Of a stretch of 64,000 bases of DNA, positions 24,201-35,475 are shown piece by piece (the first letter of the stretch is position 1; each line of letters starts with the position of its first letter). The notes beneath the pieces were generated by a model. That model made no database searches. It saw only the letters and a list, made by a program, of their open reading frames with translations, and was not told where the DNA came from. The position numbers and the translations under genes are program-made. The stretch is from Blepharisma stoltei ATCC 30299 (Eukaryota > Protista > Ciliophora): contig CBFDEM010000047.1 of the NCBI GenBank assembly GCA_965603825.1, forward strand, positions 496,001 through 560,000. Direction: 5' to 3'.

Positions 24201-24782
24201 GCCAGGAACATAAGTAATTGAAAGGTAAATGCTGCTAAAATTCAAGGCAGAATCTGAAGGATTAGAACGTATAAATATTTTAAAAGAAGCACTACATAAT
24301 TCAGTCAGAGGGTTTAAAATAGTAACATCATCAGAAAAAATAGCCAATAAAGCGTCTAGTTCTTCTTTTTGATCGTTGTAAGTGTTAAAGGCTTCAACTG
24401 CATCTTCAGTAGGCGATATTTCACAATTAATTGTGTTTCCGAATTGATTTTCTTTATTATTTTCTGAAGATTTATTTTCTTCAATCAAACTTGGAAGCTT
24501 AGCTTCTTCATTTATTATTTGCTGAATATCTTTGGGTTCTTTTGTTTCAATTAAAACAGGAGAGTGAATTTCTTCTTCATGTATTGGGTGCACTTCCTCA
24601 ATTGGTTTTAATTTTTCAGGCAATTTTTGAAGAACTTTTTTGCTTCTTTTTCTTTTTCCATGCCTTTTTGGAGGTTGAGTTTGGATTATTTGTGGAGGTT
24701 TAGGCTGGCTTTTATTAAATCATAAATAACCAAAAAATATTCCGAATAGAAAGGATGAGAGTATAATTAGTAGTCCTTCCAT
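21255..24782 (-). CDS. GCN2: eIF2-alpha kinase GCN2 (N-terminal TM anchor, RWD, kinase with acidic insert, HisRS-like), 1175 aa
   Basis: One frame through TGA at 24720, 23043, 22923, 21960, 21615, 21513; RWD (EELDAL..IF, YP..PP), IGKGGGG, YAIKKI, LYIQMEYC, HRDLKPSN, DFGLA, HisRS-like KRF.IS.VY and IASGGRYDNLI. Confidence 0.92.
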
Positions 24783-24979
24783 AATTTAAAAATTTTGTAT
24801 ATTACGTGTTTTGCATTTATATCAGAAATAAGTTTTAAAAGAGTTTTTTTAAATATTTCTAGGATTTTATTATCGAAAATGAAAAATTTCGAGCTTACTG
24901 CAATCAAAATACTTAAACTATTTTTTTGATAATCTGAGTACCAATTATGCCAATAAAAAATATAAGGGTTATAAATTAA

Positions 24980-26002
24980 ATGGATCCAGACGAAGAAATT
25001 CTCAAAGAATACCAGCAAGAAATTCGCAACATGAAAGATGAGATCATTCAGCTTAATAGACAAATCGCTCAAGCCGAAAATGCTGAGAAAGAGCTTGATG
25101 AAAATAACCTCCAACCAGAAGATCGAGATGAAATCTTGAAAAAACAGTCACTTTTAAGGCACTGCCAAGAAGAAATTGAAGAGCTCACTGAGCAGCTTAA
25201 CAAACTTAGAGAAACCAATATTGAGCTCGCTGAGAGCTGTGAAGAGCTTAACAATAGGATTGATCCGCTTCCTATCTCTGACAATCAGCTTGAAGAGCTC
25301 AGAGAACAAATTGCAGCCTTGGAAAAAGAAAATGAAGACCTCAGAAGGCAAAATAGTGAAATTGAAAGCTCGGGCCTTAGGGAATGGGAAAATTTGTCCC
25401 CGCATGCTTCTAATGAATTTTTTGTGAATCTCCAAAAGAAACTCTCAACATTGGAGCAAGAAAATACAACTCTTTCAGCAAAATATAAGAAAGCTGAAGC
25501 AGAGACCAAGAGATTGAAGGAAAATTGTGAAAAAGCTGCCCATAGGTTTAAAAATAACGAAGACACCAGAACTAAGCTGCATTTGCTAGAAGAGAGCTTA
25601 GAAAGATGTGTGCAAACTGAAAATGACTTAAAAGAAGAGATAGATGACGTGGAAAGACAAATCATGCAAAAGTCAGCAAGTACTGAAGGTCAAGATATTA
25701 GAAGCCTGCAACACATGATTAGAGATCTCAATGAAAAGATCAGCCAAGAAAAAGCTCAATGCACAAGACTAGAAAAACAGTTACAAGATAAGCAGCAAGA
25801 ATTGAGAACTGTGAAGATAACAGCAAACCAACCAGTCAGCAAGACTTCGACTAAGCTCAGCAATGATCTGGAATTGCTTGGAAAAGTCCTTGCAGATAAG
25901 ATGAAGTCAGTAAGAGAAAAAGATAAAGAAATCGCTGAGCTGACCTTGAAATATGAAGAAGCCAAGATGCAGCTTTATGGGCCAGAGAAATTCAACGTCT
26001 AA
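24980..26002 (+). CDS. Hypothetical coiled-coil protein, 340 aa
   Basis: Uninterrupted heptad-rich ORF, divergent from GCN2. Confidence 0.8.
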   Translation: MDPDEEILKEYQQEIRNMKDEIIQLNRQIAQAENAEKELDENNLQPEDRDEILKKQSLLRHCQEEIEELTEQLNKLRETNIELAESCEELNNRIDPLPISDNQLEELREQIAALEKENEDLRRQNSEIESSGLREWENLSPHASNEFFVNLQKKLSTLEQENTTLSAKYKKAEAETKRLKENCEKAAHRFKNNEDTRTKLHLLEESLERCVQTENDLKEEIDDVERQIMQKSASTEGQDIRSLQHMIRDLNEKISQEKAQCTRLEKQLQDKQQELRTVKITANQPVSKTSTKLSNDLELLGKVLADKMKSVREKDKEIAELTLKYEEAKMQLYGPEKFNV

Positions 26003-26058
26003 CTAAAAATTATTTAATTTCAAAAAAAATCAGCTCCATTTTATATAAAAATTGTGTG

Positions 26059-27411
26059 TTAAATCAAATTTTCTTCTATACGTTCTTCTGTGTGTTCTTC
26101 TGTAATAGCTGGTGGCGTAGATTTCGGCATCAAATATGTGATTTTTAAGCTCACTAACAGCGTTCCTGCCATGATTCAGAATGTGCCTTGATACCCTAGA
26201 TACTAAATAAATTTTACCGGCCAAATAAAGAGCTCAACACCCCATAAAGAAATTGCTAGTAAAGTGAACCCTAAGAATGACCAAGAAAGGATTCAATCGT
26301 CATGGGGATAAATTATTTTGCAAGCGACTATTATAATCAAATAAGTGCTGCTACCAAAAATGAAACCTAAAGTTGACCAAATAAAATAAAGGATTTTTAC
26401 ACTGGCTATATAATAGATAGTGCCGCATATAAACACTTGAGAAATAATTGCGACATAAGAAACTCTTTTCCAGTCATATTTATCAATTGCAAATCCCCAT
26501 AAAAGTCTGGAAACCCCTCCCACCAGAAATCCAGTTGAGCCTAAATAGGATAAAAAGTGATCATCCTTTATTTTTGTATGGCCAAAATTTTTGTATTCTG
26601 AGACAAAATATGCATAAAATGCAAAACTAAAAAAACAGTTCAAGCTCAGAAGCCAAAAATTTTTTTGCTTTGCAACATCTTTGAGAGTTAGCGTCCTTTG
26701 GTCCATTTGGGTTTCTTTGGTTCCTCCTTGAGATCTAACCATGTAAATTCCTAGTAAAGATGACACAAGATATATTAAAGACATCCATCTAATTGCACCA
26801 GGAACATTGTCATAAACAGAAGATCCGAAATACTGAGATTCGTCATCCTTATTCTCAGGGAAAGTTATAAATGGCGACTCATTGGATGGATTGATCAAGC
26901 TTGTCCATATCAGGCCAAATATAGTTGGTCCCAAACTATAGGCTGAAATTCCAAAACTTGATACAAGTCCAATATTACTTGGGAAAAACTCCCAGCAGGC
27001 CCAAATAATAGGCATATTCAGCATTCCACTGATTACTCCTGCATAGGTCCCATAGAGAATGCAAAAAAAATAATAATTTGTGGCAAAAGAACTTGCAAAT
27101 AAAAAGAGTGATCCGGAAAGAGCTCCAACAGCAGCAGCAATTCTGCAGCCAAACTTTATACATATATAGCTTGCAATGACTGAATAATTATTACTAAATG
27201 CGATCGACTCAATAATGTATGAAAGAGTATAAGCCAGATACATATCTGATTCAGACACATTGTGGTTCTTTGCATGATAATAAGAAGCGAAATATAAACT
27301 AACAGCGCCTCACAAATTTATTGTCCCAGATACCTAATTATGCCTCACTAAGTTGACGATAAAGCACCCAACCAGTGCGAGCAGGCTTTTGGTCTTTTTG
27401 GAAAATGGCAT
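26059..27411 (-). CDS. MFS transporter (OFA/monocarboxylate-like), about 440 aa, 2 introns
   Basis: GTINL-W(TGA 27310)-G, WEFFPSNIGLVS, SRLLWGFAIDKY; many hydrophobic helices; introns 27334-27348 and 26203-26217. Confidence 0.88.
26203..26217 (-). other. 15-nt intron GTAAAATTTATTTAG
   Basis: Removal bypasses a TAG and adds the final TM helix YLGYQGTFWIMAG. Confidence 0.85.
27334..27348 (-). other. 15-nt intron GTGAGGCATAATTAG (GTG donor variant)
   Basis: Removal bypasses an in-frame TAG in MFS helix 1; A at -6. Confidence 0.85.
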
Positions 27412-27467
27412 GTTTTTATTAAATTTTTAAATGGAAAGCTTATTTATTTACACAAAATAATTAGTTA

Positions 27468-27962
27468 CTATGCTACGTTGGTGATTTCTTCACATAAAGT
27501 TAGATAACTGCTGAGTTCTTTTCCAGCTGAAATAAGTTGATTTTTCAACCTAAGACTGGGGTCTATGGCTCTCTTTTTCTTGATAAATTCTACTGCATGC
27601 TCATAGGTTCAGCCTTTCTTGGCCATGTAATAAGCTATTAGAACTATAGCACTTCGGTTTTTTCCCCACTTGCAGTGAACCAATACCTTTTCTCCTTTCG
27701 ATTCTGCTTCATTTATGAATCTAAGGCAGTCTTGGAGATAAGGTATAACACTAAATGTCTTTCCTCTGGGCAAAGGCCTTATGCATAAGTTATACATCTT
27801 TTCATTAGCGGGCACATCAAAAAGTTGCAAAATGTGTTTAATTCCATGCGACTTTAGCTCGCTTTCGTTTTGTACACTGTATTGGTCTCCGATAAAGATG
27901 TTTTCGTCGATTTTATGCATATGATACTTCTTGACGCTTGTTCTAGACTCATTCACGCCCAT
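27468..27962 (-). CDS. Dual-specificity protein phosphatase, 164 aa
   Basis: KVLVHCKWGKNRSA active site; AYYMAKKG-W(TGA 27609)-TYEHAVEFIKKKR. Confidence 0.9.
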
Positions 27963-28252
27963 TTTAATTTTATTTCATATGCCTTAGTTAGGAAAGTTAT
28001 CATCAGTATTTATCGAGTTTTTTTTTAAAGTCGAAATATACATTAATCAATTTTGGCAAAAAATAATTACAATTGGTGGGCAGAAGGGTCATTCATATTT
28101 TTGGTGAAATATTTTATCGGTCAGAATTTAAAACTATGTATGCAATCGAGCGATTAACTATATTAAAATTTACAATTTTGTTATGAGTTTATATTTAAGT
28201 AACTTTCGGCATTATTGATGATGTAAAATTTATCATTTTTTGATTGGTATCA

Positions 28253-28879
28253 ATGTTATATCTTGGCGAGATAGAACTAGAAAAAACAGAAAATAAGCCA
28301 TCAGAAACTGTAAAGCCAAAGCCAAAAAGGCTATCGTATTCTCTTAAACTTGAAGAGTTTAAACAATTTTCATTCCAAACTAATTTCTTTAAACAATTTG
28401 ATTTCAAGCCTGGAAGACCAAGAAGAAAGCAAACTCTTGTATTTCCAAAACCAAAAACCCCTATTTCTTTGAGTATTTATGATATTGATTCTAAAATCAA
28501 GTTAAAAAATAGAAGAAGCATAGAAAATGTTGTAGAACCCCCTAAATCTAAGCCGGAATCGCTACCTTATGATGAACGAGTCAGAATATTCCAAGATTTT
28601 TCTAAACTAAGAGATTTAACCAATCGAAATCAATATCTTAAACAAGAAATCATGAAATACGATAATTACTTTGCAATTCGACAGCCGAGTTTAAATACCT
28701 GCTCATCATGCCCAGTATTGCCTTCAATAACTTCAAATAGTCAAACTGATTTTACATCTCCAAAATTATGAAGAAGAGATACTATTCAGCCTTCCCCATC
28801 GCATTCGAAAAAGAGAGTGAAAACATATGATCCAACTTCAAAACGACCGAGAAAATCAATTTCAAGCTATTTTATGTAA
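28253..28879 (+). CDS. Hypothetical basic protein, 208 aa
   Basis: ATG 28253; TGA 28769 read through to TAA 28877-28879; start uncertain. Confidence 0.6.
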
Positions 28880-28976
28880 TTAATTATAATCTCTTGCATT
28901 AGTGATGAAGGTAATCACACATGGTTGATAATATCCTTGCGCGGGGCGTCGCAATTAATGCAAGGAGTTATAAAAA

Positions 28977-29975
28977 TTAATTAAGATACTTAGAACAGTA
29001 CAGTTTTAGTCGTCTAGTTGCGTCTAGATATTTCCGTGTCCCACCAATCCCAATTTCAATAATTTTTTTCCTCTCAATTGGTGAGCCTGATAAAGGTAGA
29101 AAATTGCCAGGGTTATAATGGTAGCTATGATTCAAATTCACTTCTGGGCTACTTCTTTTTCTTGATCTTACATTCGGTAATGGAGATTTTCGGAGCCCTG
29201 GGCTATTCAACCTTGAAAAAGTATCTAGAATTTCTGGTTTTCTTGTCTTAATAAGTGGTGTTATGTTATGAGGAATCACTCTTCCAAGTTCTCTTTTGGT
29301 TTGGCGAGTTTGGAGGAAATTATTAATAGCTCCATGCCTTTTGTTCAACTGCATCAGACTGTTTCACAAATTTTCAGTTAATTGGTTACTGGGTCCTAAG
29401 TGCTTTATAGAGAAATCATAGCCTTTTTGATAATGTTCCAAAGCTGAATCAAATTTTTGGAGATACTCTGATTCCACGCCAATGTTATAATGAGCAACAA
29501 CCAGCGTTGTTATAGAATTTTCAGCTAAATTCTCATCATTATTTTCCAAATCCCTTAGCAAGCTTAAAGCTTGCTTTGCGTAGCTCAACGCTATATCATG
29601 CTTTCCCAGTTGTGAATTAATTGCACAAATATTAAGCTGAGTTGATGCAATTGCTGCAGGGTCTGAATAAGTTTGCACTTCCAGTTTGAATGCTTGCTTC
29701 AAATAGAATAGAGCCACATTGGGCTGTTTGATTCGTTTATAGTGACAGCCGAAATTATTGAATGTGATTGCAGTTAATTTTAATCGATTTTGCATTCTAC
29801 TAATATCAGGATTTGTCCCGTCGAGTAGAATTTTTTCAGCTTTTTGCAAAAGCTGAAGAGATTCTTTTGGATCATCTAAATTTGCCATAGCATTTTTGTT
29901 TAAGTCAAGAATGTGTGATTCTAGTTTGGAAATGTTATTCTCAGTAGAGTCTTCGACTTCAAGATTTTCAGACAT
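28977..29975 (-). CDS. TPR-repeat protein, 332 aa
   Basis: TPR helices (ITFNNFGCHYKR, TQLNICAINSQLGKH, VAHYNIGVESEY); joined by TGA 29364. Confidence 0.85.
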
Positions 29976-30249
29976 TTTGAATAATGATGCTTTATCTCAA
30001 AATAGTTAATTTAATATAAGCATTATATTCTTTATGCTATTTAGTTTTATTATATCTGTTTAATTATTATTAGTTCTGTTTATTAATCAATAATTCTTTT
30101 TATTATTTAGAGTATTTCACTATTAGCGTGCTTGCATATTAATCAATATTACAATAAAGCAAAAAAGAAGCAAACGATATGAAAGATCTCAATTAAAAGC
30201 CCTTTTTCGCTTCTTTGATGATCTTATTTATAATTTGAAATTATCTCAT

Positions 30250-30297
30250 AATGAAATGAGAATGCGATTAAAATGAAATGAGAATGAGATTAAAATG
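30250..30297. repeat. 22-bp tandem duplication AATGAAATGAGAATG(C/A)GATTAA x2
   Basis: 30250-30271 and 30272-30293 differ at one base; followed by a partial AATG. Confidence 0.85.
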
Positions 30298-30451
30298 TTC
30301 TAAACAAATTAAACATAAGAAATTTTAGCAAAAATCAAATTTGGTTTATACCACTTTTTAATATAAAATTAGTATAAGGTTTAAAAGCCTAACTATATTT
30401 TTAATTAAGAAAAGCATAATAAATAAATGATCAAAATAGTTTATTTTTTAT

Positions 30452-30888
30452 TTAATTATTTTCACTTTCTCTTTTCCTTTGCTCATCTGCATAAGCTTTT
30501 CTGAATTCTCTGAATTTCATATATCCTTGATACTGTTTATAATTCTTCCTTAGCAAGTTCAATTCGCTATTCATTTTTTTGCTAAGAGCCATAACTCCTT
30601 GGATCATTCCCCAACAAATAGCACAAAAAATAAAATTCAGCAAAAACACAGTTAATACTTTTGTATCATCTTCTAACCCATCATCATCTTCTCCTGAGCC
30701 ATCATTGCTCAACTGCATCAAATCTCTATATAATTCATACTGGTAGCTTCATTACTTAATTTCAATGCTCTTGGCTCAGATAAAGCTTGAAGAAAACTCT
30801 TGTTTCCTTTGGCGTCTTCACTATACTGTTTGGATTCTAAAGTTATACACCCCAGAATAAGCAAAGTAAAAACGATATATTGTTTCAT
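30452..30888 (-). CDS. Signal peptide plus single-TM protein, 139 aa, needing a 17-nt intron (30724-30740)
   Basis: MKQYIVFTLLILGCIT signal; joins the TM-bearing ORF 30452-30721 only if GTATGAATTATATAGAG is removed. Confidence 0.6.
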
Positions 30889-31173
30889 TGAATATTGTAA
30901 AACGGATACCTTTACAAAAATTAAGATAATTTTCCATTACGAGATATGCTATCCAAATAGTGAACTTAAATATTATTTGGAAAAAAAATATAATGATGGA
31001 AAGTTCATATAAGTAAACTTTTGTCTTTTGGCCGAAACAGCAAAGAAGTGAAATCTATTCATGGAAATTACTATTTATTTGGAAAATAGAAGAAAATATT
31101 TGAAAATTTCCAAAAACTTTCAATATTTTTCCATAATATATTATATGTGCAAATATCTCAATCTATACTTTTG

Positions 31174-31884
31174 TTAACTTAAAGGTGTTGCTTCTTGAAA
31201 TAGTTTTATTTCTTCTTTAAACTGCTCTTGCATATCCCACCAAGTTGACATACTTGACGGCTTTTCTCCTGAATAAACCTGTGGCCATACACTAGGCGCT
31301 GTTGTTTTAGCAAGCTTAATTTCTATTCTTCCAGTCAAGATTTCATTAGTCTCAGTTCCTTCAGGATCAATGGCTTCAAAAAGTGGCAAATAAAGCTCAA
31401 ACTTTAGCTTATGGTTTGAATGTATGCACTTAGCCATAAACTCAATATGATCATTTTTCACATCAATAACTTTATCATAAACTTCATTGCATCCTGCAGC
31501 ATCCATTCTGTGAGAAAATTTGATATCAAGATATATATGAGTCGTTGACTGTGCCCATCTGAAGCTTGGTCTTATTAATTGTGGATCTTTTTCTACATTA
31601 AATAAGTTGGACAATCTTGCTAAATATCTCTTATAGTTTTGCAAGAAATTTGTAACTGATTTTAATTCGACTTTAGATTCGTCCGCTTTAGAGATTAAAT
31701 ACTCAGCTTCATCCCAAGATCCTTTTTGAATATATGTCAAAATGCAACTAAATAAAGGTTACTCTGAGCTCAAATTTTCTGGAATAATTTGTTGAGCGAT
31801 AACATCTTTGAGATCATAGGCTTGATCAAACATGTTCTCACAGAGGAGCCCAAAACTTACGTGTATCAAGAATAGTAAAAGCAT
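31174..31884 (-). CDS. Signal-peptide CS/p23-like co-chaperone domain protein, 231 aa
   Basis: MLLLFLIHVSFG signal; intron 31748-31762; CS motif PSFRWAQSTTHIYLDIKF...IKLAK....WPQ. Confidence 0.82.
31748..31762 (-). other. 15-nt intron GTAACCTTTATTTAG
   Basis: Removal bypasses an in-frame TAA and links the only upstream ATG. Confidence 0.88.
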
Positions 31885-31910
31885 AAAAATATGGCTTTTT
31901 TAAAAATTAA

Positions 31911-33002
31911 TTAAATAGGGATTTTATATGCTCTATCACTTAGCATTTGGTCTCTTGTAGATGTAGAACTTGCTGATTCAAAAATATTTCTTTTAGTTTC
32001 GTGAGAAGGAGAAACTTTTACTTCGACTCGTTCATCTGGAGGAGAGTCTCTTCTGATTTTGCTTAAAGGTGGACTTAGGACGATTTTACTGCTAGCGCTA
32101 GGCTCGTTTCTGATTGGAATTGATGGGGAGGGCTTTGCAATGTTTGCAGGCTTGCTCTCATTCGGCGGTAATTCATCAATGCTAGTTCTAGTTTCATTAT
32201 TCCAAACTACGCCATCTCCTATTTGCTTTCCGGTGGCACCTGTCATTGGCAAAAGCCATAGCCAAGGATTTTGTCCGAAAACTTGAATCCAATTCCTTCA
32301 CGTGCCTTTATTATAAATCCCTATCCTATTAACTGCTTTTTTATCCATTTGCTCAATCGTGGTGGAGTTAGTCAATATAAGTTTTATATGAAACTTCATA
32401 AATAGTGTAAGCATCACTGATAGCAATGCAGAAAGTAAAAATGCTCCAATTAAAACTGCTTCTGAGTAAGCATGCAAATCTCTAGTATGTATTATATAAA
32501 GCAAATTGCCATAAGCGGGCTTTGAAAGCACCACGACTGCAATATACAAACAATTCAGCACATAAAATAAAACCAGAATAAAAAATTTCCTATTGAAAAA
32601 ACCTACACAGTTGTTAAGCCATGGACAATGATGATCCATGTTCAATACGCATCGATTACACGCTGAGCAATGATGACATCGCTCAGGTTTAAAAACGTGG
32701 CACATTAAGCAGTATCGTCGCCTTTTGGTCTCTGCATCTCCCATATAAAAGCCTCATAGAGGCGGAACCATGCCTGGGTCTGTGAGCATTGCTTTGAAGA
32801 AGCTTCAAAGAAACATAAAAATCAAGATATGAAATACAGATAGAAAAGAGATGATCTTCAGATTTAAATTGGGGATGTCTTCTATATGAGTGAGATATAG
32901 CTGAATAACGTTGATGTAAATAAAAGAAACCACTAGAAATACAAAGAGTACAAAAAAATTTCCCAGAAGTTTGGTGCAGTTTGTAAATGTGCATCTGCTC
33001 AT
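31911..33002 (-). CDS. DHHC palmitoyl acyltransferase, 363 aa
   Basis: KPERCHHCSACNRCVLNMDHHCPWLNNCVG, TDPG, NSTTIE; TGA at 32805 and 32298. Confidence 0.93.
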
Positions 33003-33383
33003 TTTATCTTTGCATGCATAGACAGTTATTTTGGTAAATTAGGAAGACGAAGAGAATTTATTAAGTAAATAAAATTTATTTTGATACGATAGAAATGAAA
33101 AATTTGTTATTATCTTAATTCTCTTTTTTATCTTGAAAATAATTTGATTTTAGCTAAATTTTATTTATTTTACCTTCTTCATCATTAAGTAGCCTAGTTC
33201 TCTACAATTGTTAAAAATTCATAATTCCAAAAATAAGCAATTAATAGTATATCGTAATTAATTAAAAAGATGTAATAGAAAGCAAATGATTCTAAAAAAT
33301 ACGAGCTAATCAATAGAAGAAAAATTGATAGAATTCAAAGCCATATTTCTTCCATGGACAAAAATATAAACTATTTATAAATA

Positions 33384-35417
33384 ATGTATTCCGAGTTTGG
33401 AACCAGCTCAGAAAAAAATGCAGATGCTTATATTAGCGATATTTCTGAGTCAGTTGCCAGAGTTTTATACCAAGAAGAAGAAAGAATCAAAAAAGAAAAC
33501 TACTTAAGAGAAGAAATTTTAATAGGAAATTATTCACCTGAAATTTTCAGAGAATTTCTTAAGTTAAAGAAAAGGTCTGATATTGATCTCTTAAGCATGA
33601 AAGAGCTTACAGATTGTCTAAAAGAGTTCAAAGAAAGCTACAACGATCTAGAAATTGAATTCTCGATGAAAATCGAAGAGGAAACTAGCAGAACCAAAAG
33701 AAAGAAAGATGGCGAGCAGCAAGAAAAAGAAAGAAAGAATATTGAAGATTTCGATGGAAAAGAAATTGAAAACATCACAGAAAAAGATATTTTAGCTGAG
33801 TGCATTAAAGAAGACTTTTCTTCTGATTCTGGGTCAGAAATTTCAAGTCCCAGAATGAAAAAAAGCCCATCAATAAAACCGTTTGAGCATAGGACAAGCA
33901 ATAATGAATTCATACTAACACTTGATGGAAAAGAGCTTTTAAGTGAAGATCATTCAATGAGTGATAGTTTAAATGACTCACTGCTTTCAGAGTCTTCGCA
34001 AAATACTTTAAAAAGAGCTACTCTTGAGCAAGAGTTTTTAAGTCGAATCAAAAAAACACAGAGCCCTAAAATGTCACCGCATAGACTTTCTCCTCCAGAA
34101 ATGTCAATTGATACAAAGGTCTCAAAAGATAGAAATTCCAAAGAAATTTCTCCTTTACTGCTAGACTCATCTTTGCTGGATGCTGGAGTTTACTTGCACC
34201 AAGATGTCTATAAGATTGAATCAATTAAAATCCCAGATAATGAATTATCTATGAAAACGTGCGAGGTTGTAATATCAGAGTAAGATTTATATAGCCCTGA
34301 AAAATCAAACGCAGTCTACTACACAATAACAACAATTCCGCTAGGTTGAGTAGTAAAACGCCACTTAAATGATTTTTCCTGGCTTAGAACCACATTTGCG
34401 TTTTTATATCCAGGTGTATATATTCCTCCTCCTCTCCCTAAAAAATGAACCGGAAAAGATAAAGACGATACTTTGGTTAAAGACCAAAGATTTCTTCAGA
34501 GATTTATCAATTCAGCTATATCTCATCCATTATTAAAAAAATCACCATATCTATTTGAATTCCTTAAAGAGCAAGATTATTCATATTTCGAGACCTTTAA
34601 AAAAGACTGTTCTAAATTAAAAAGGCCTGAATTCGTAGAATTTTTCCCAACTTTGGAAGGTTTTTCATATTGCGATGCATCAAGTCCGAAGGAGTCCTCA
34701 AAAGATATTAGTGATTTTATTACGCTTTCCCAAACCTTACAAAAAAAAATAAAAAGAAGATCAAACAAGCTAGAAGAGCAGCTGACTGAAATATCGATTT
34801 CTATTAATAAACTCTCGAAAACTATAAAAAAATTGCAGAAAGCACAAGAATTAATTTCTAATAACAGAAAAAACTCTGAGTTGTTTAGACTGTTTAGCCA
34901 AACGATGGCTGCATGGGCTAAATGCAATATAGAAAGAGTGAAATCTGTAAAAGAACACATGAGCTCCTTTTTCAAATACACTTATAATGAAGTTCTCCCA
35001 ATTAAAGATATAATCAAAGAAAAAGAAATAAATTTTCAAAATTACTTAAAAGCCGATAAAAAAATCAAAATTAAAAAAGAAAAATTATGAGCCCAAGGAG
35101 ATGTAAGCAAATGGGAAATAGAATCAAGAGAACCGATACAAAATTTAAATACTTTGCAAACAGACAAAGAACTAGCTTTCCATAAGATGCTCACCCAAGA
35201 ATCACAAAAAGTCCAGAAATTGAAAGATTTATATGCGTATTACAATTATAAACTAAACGAAGAAAGTTTATGATTCATCCCGTTCAATGCAAATCGGAAC
35301 ATCAAAGAATTCAGAGAATTCGCTAAAAAGGAGATTGCCGTCATATGGAAACTGAAACAGACTTGGGAAAGTTTTTCAGAAAAATTGGCAAGGCTTGAAG
35401 ACGACCAATCCTTATAA
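33384..35417 (+). CDS. Sorting nexin-like PX plus BAR-like protein, about 672 aa
   Basis: Intron 34280-34294; PX YTITTIPLG-W(TGA)-VVKRHLNDFSWLR...YPGVYIPPPLP; TGA at 34347, 34446, 35088, 35271; stop TAA 35415. Confidence 0.85.
34280..34294 (+). other. 15-nt intron GTAAGATTTATATAG
   Basis: Removal bypasses the TAA that ends track ORF 33384-34283 and opens the PX domain. Confidence 0.9.
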
Positions 35418-35475
35418 ATTGATTAAATCAATAATAGCATAAATTTAAACGTACAAATAATTATTTGAAATATCG

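Noticed and set aside
28937-28952. GC-rich patch TGCGCGGGGCGTCGCA between convergent genes
   Set aside because: Too short, no second copy noticed, no convincing structure beyond a few base pairs
30250-30297. 22-bp repeat as a CRISPR array, transposon end or IES remnant
   Set aside because: Two adjacent copies with no spacer or inverted partner; a simple slippage duplication
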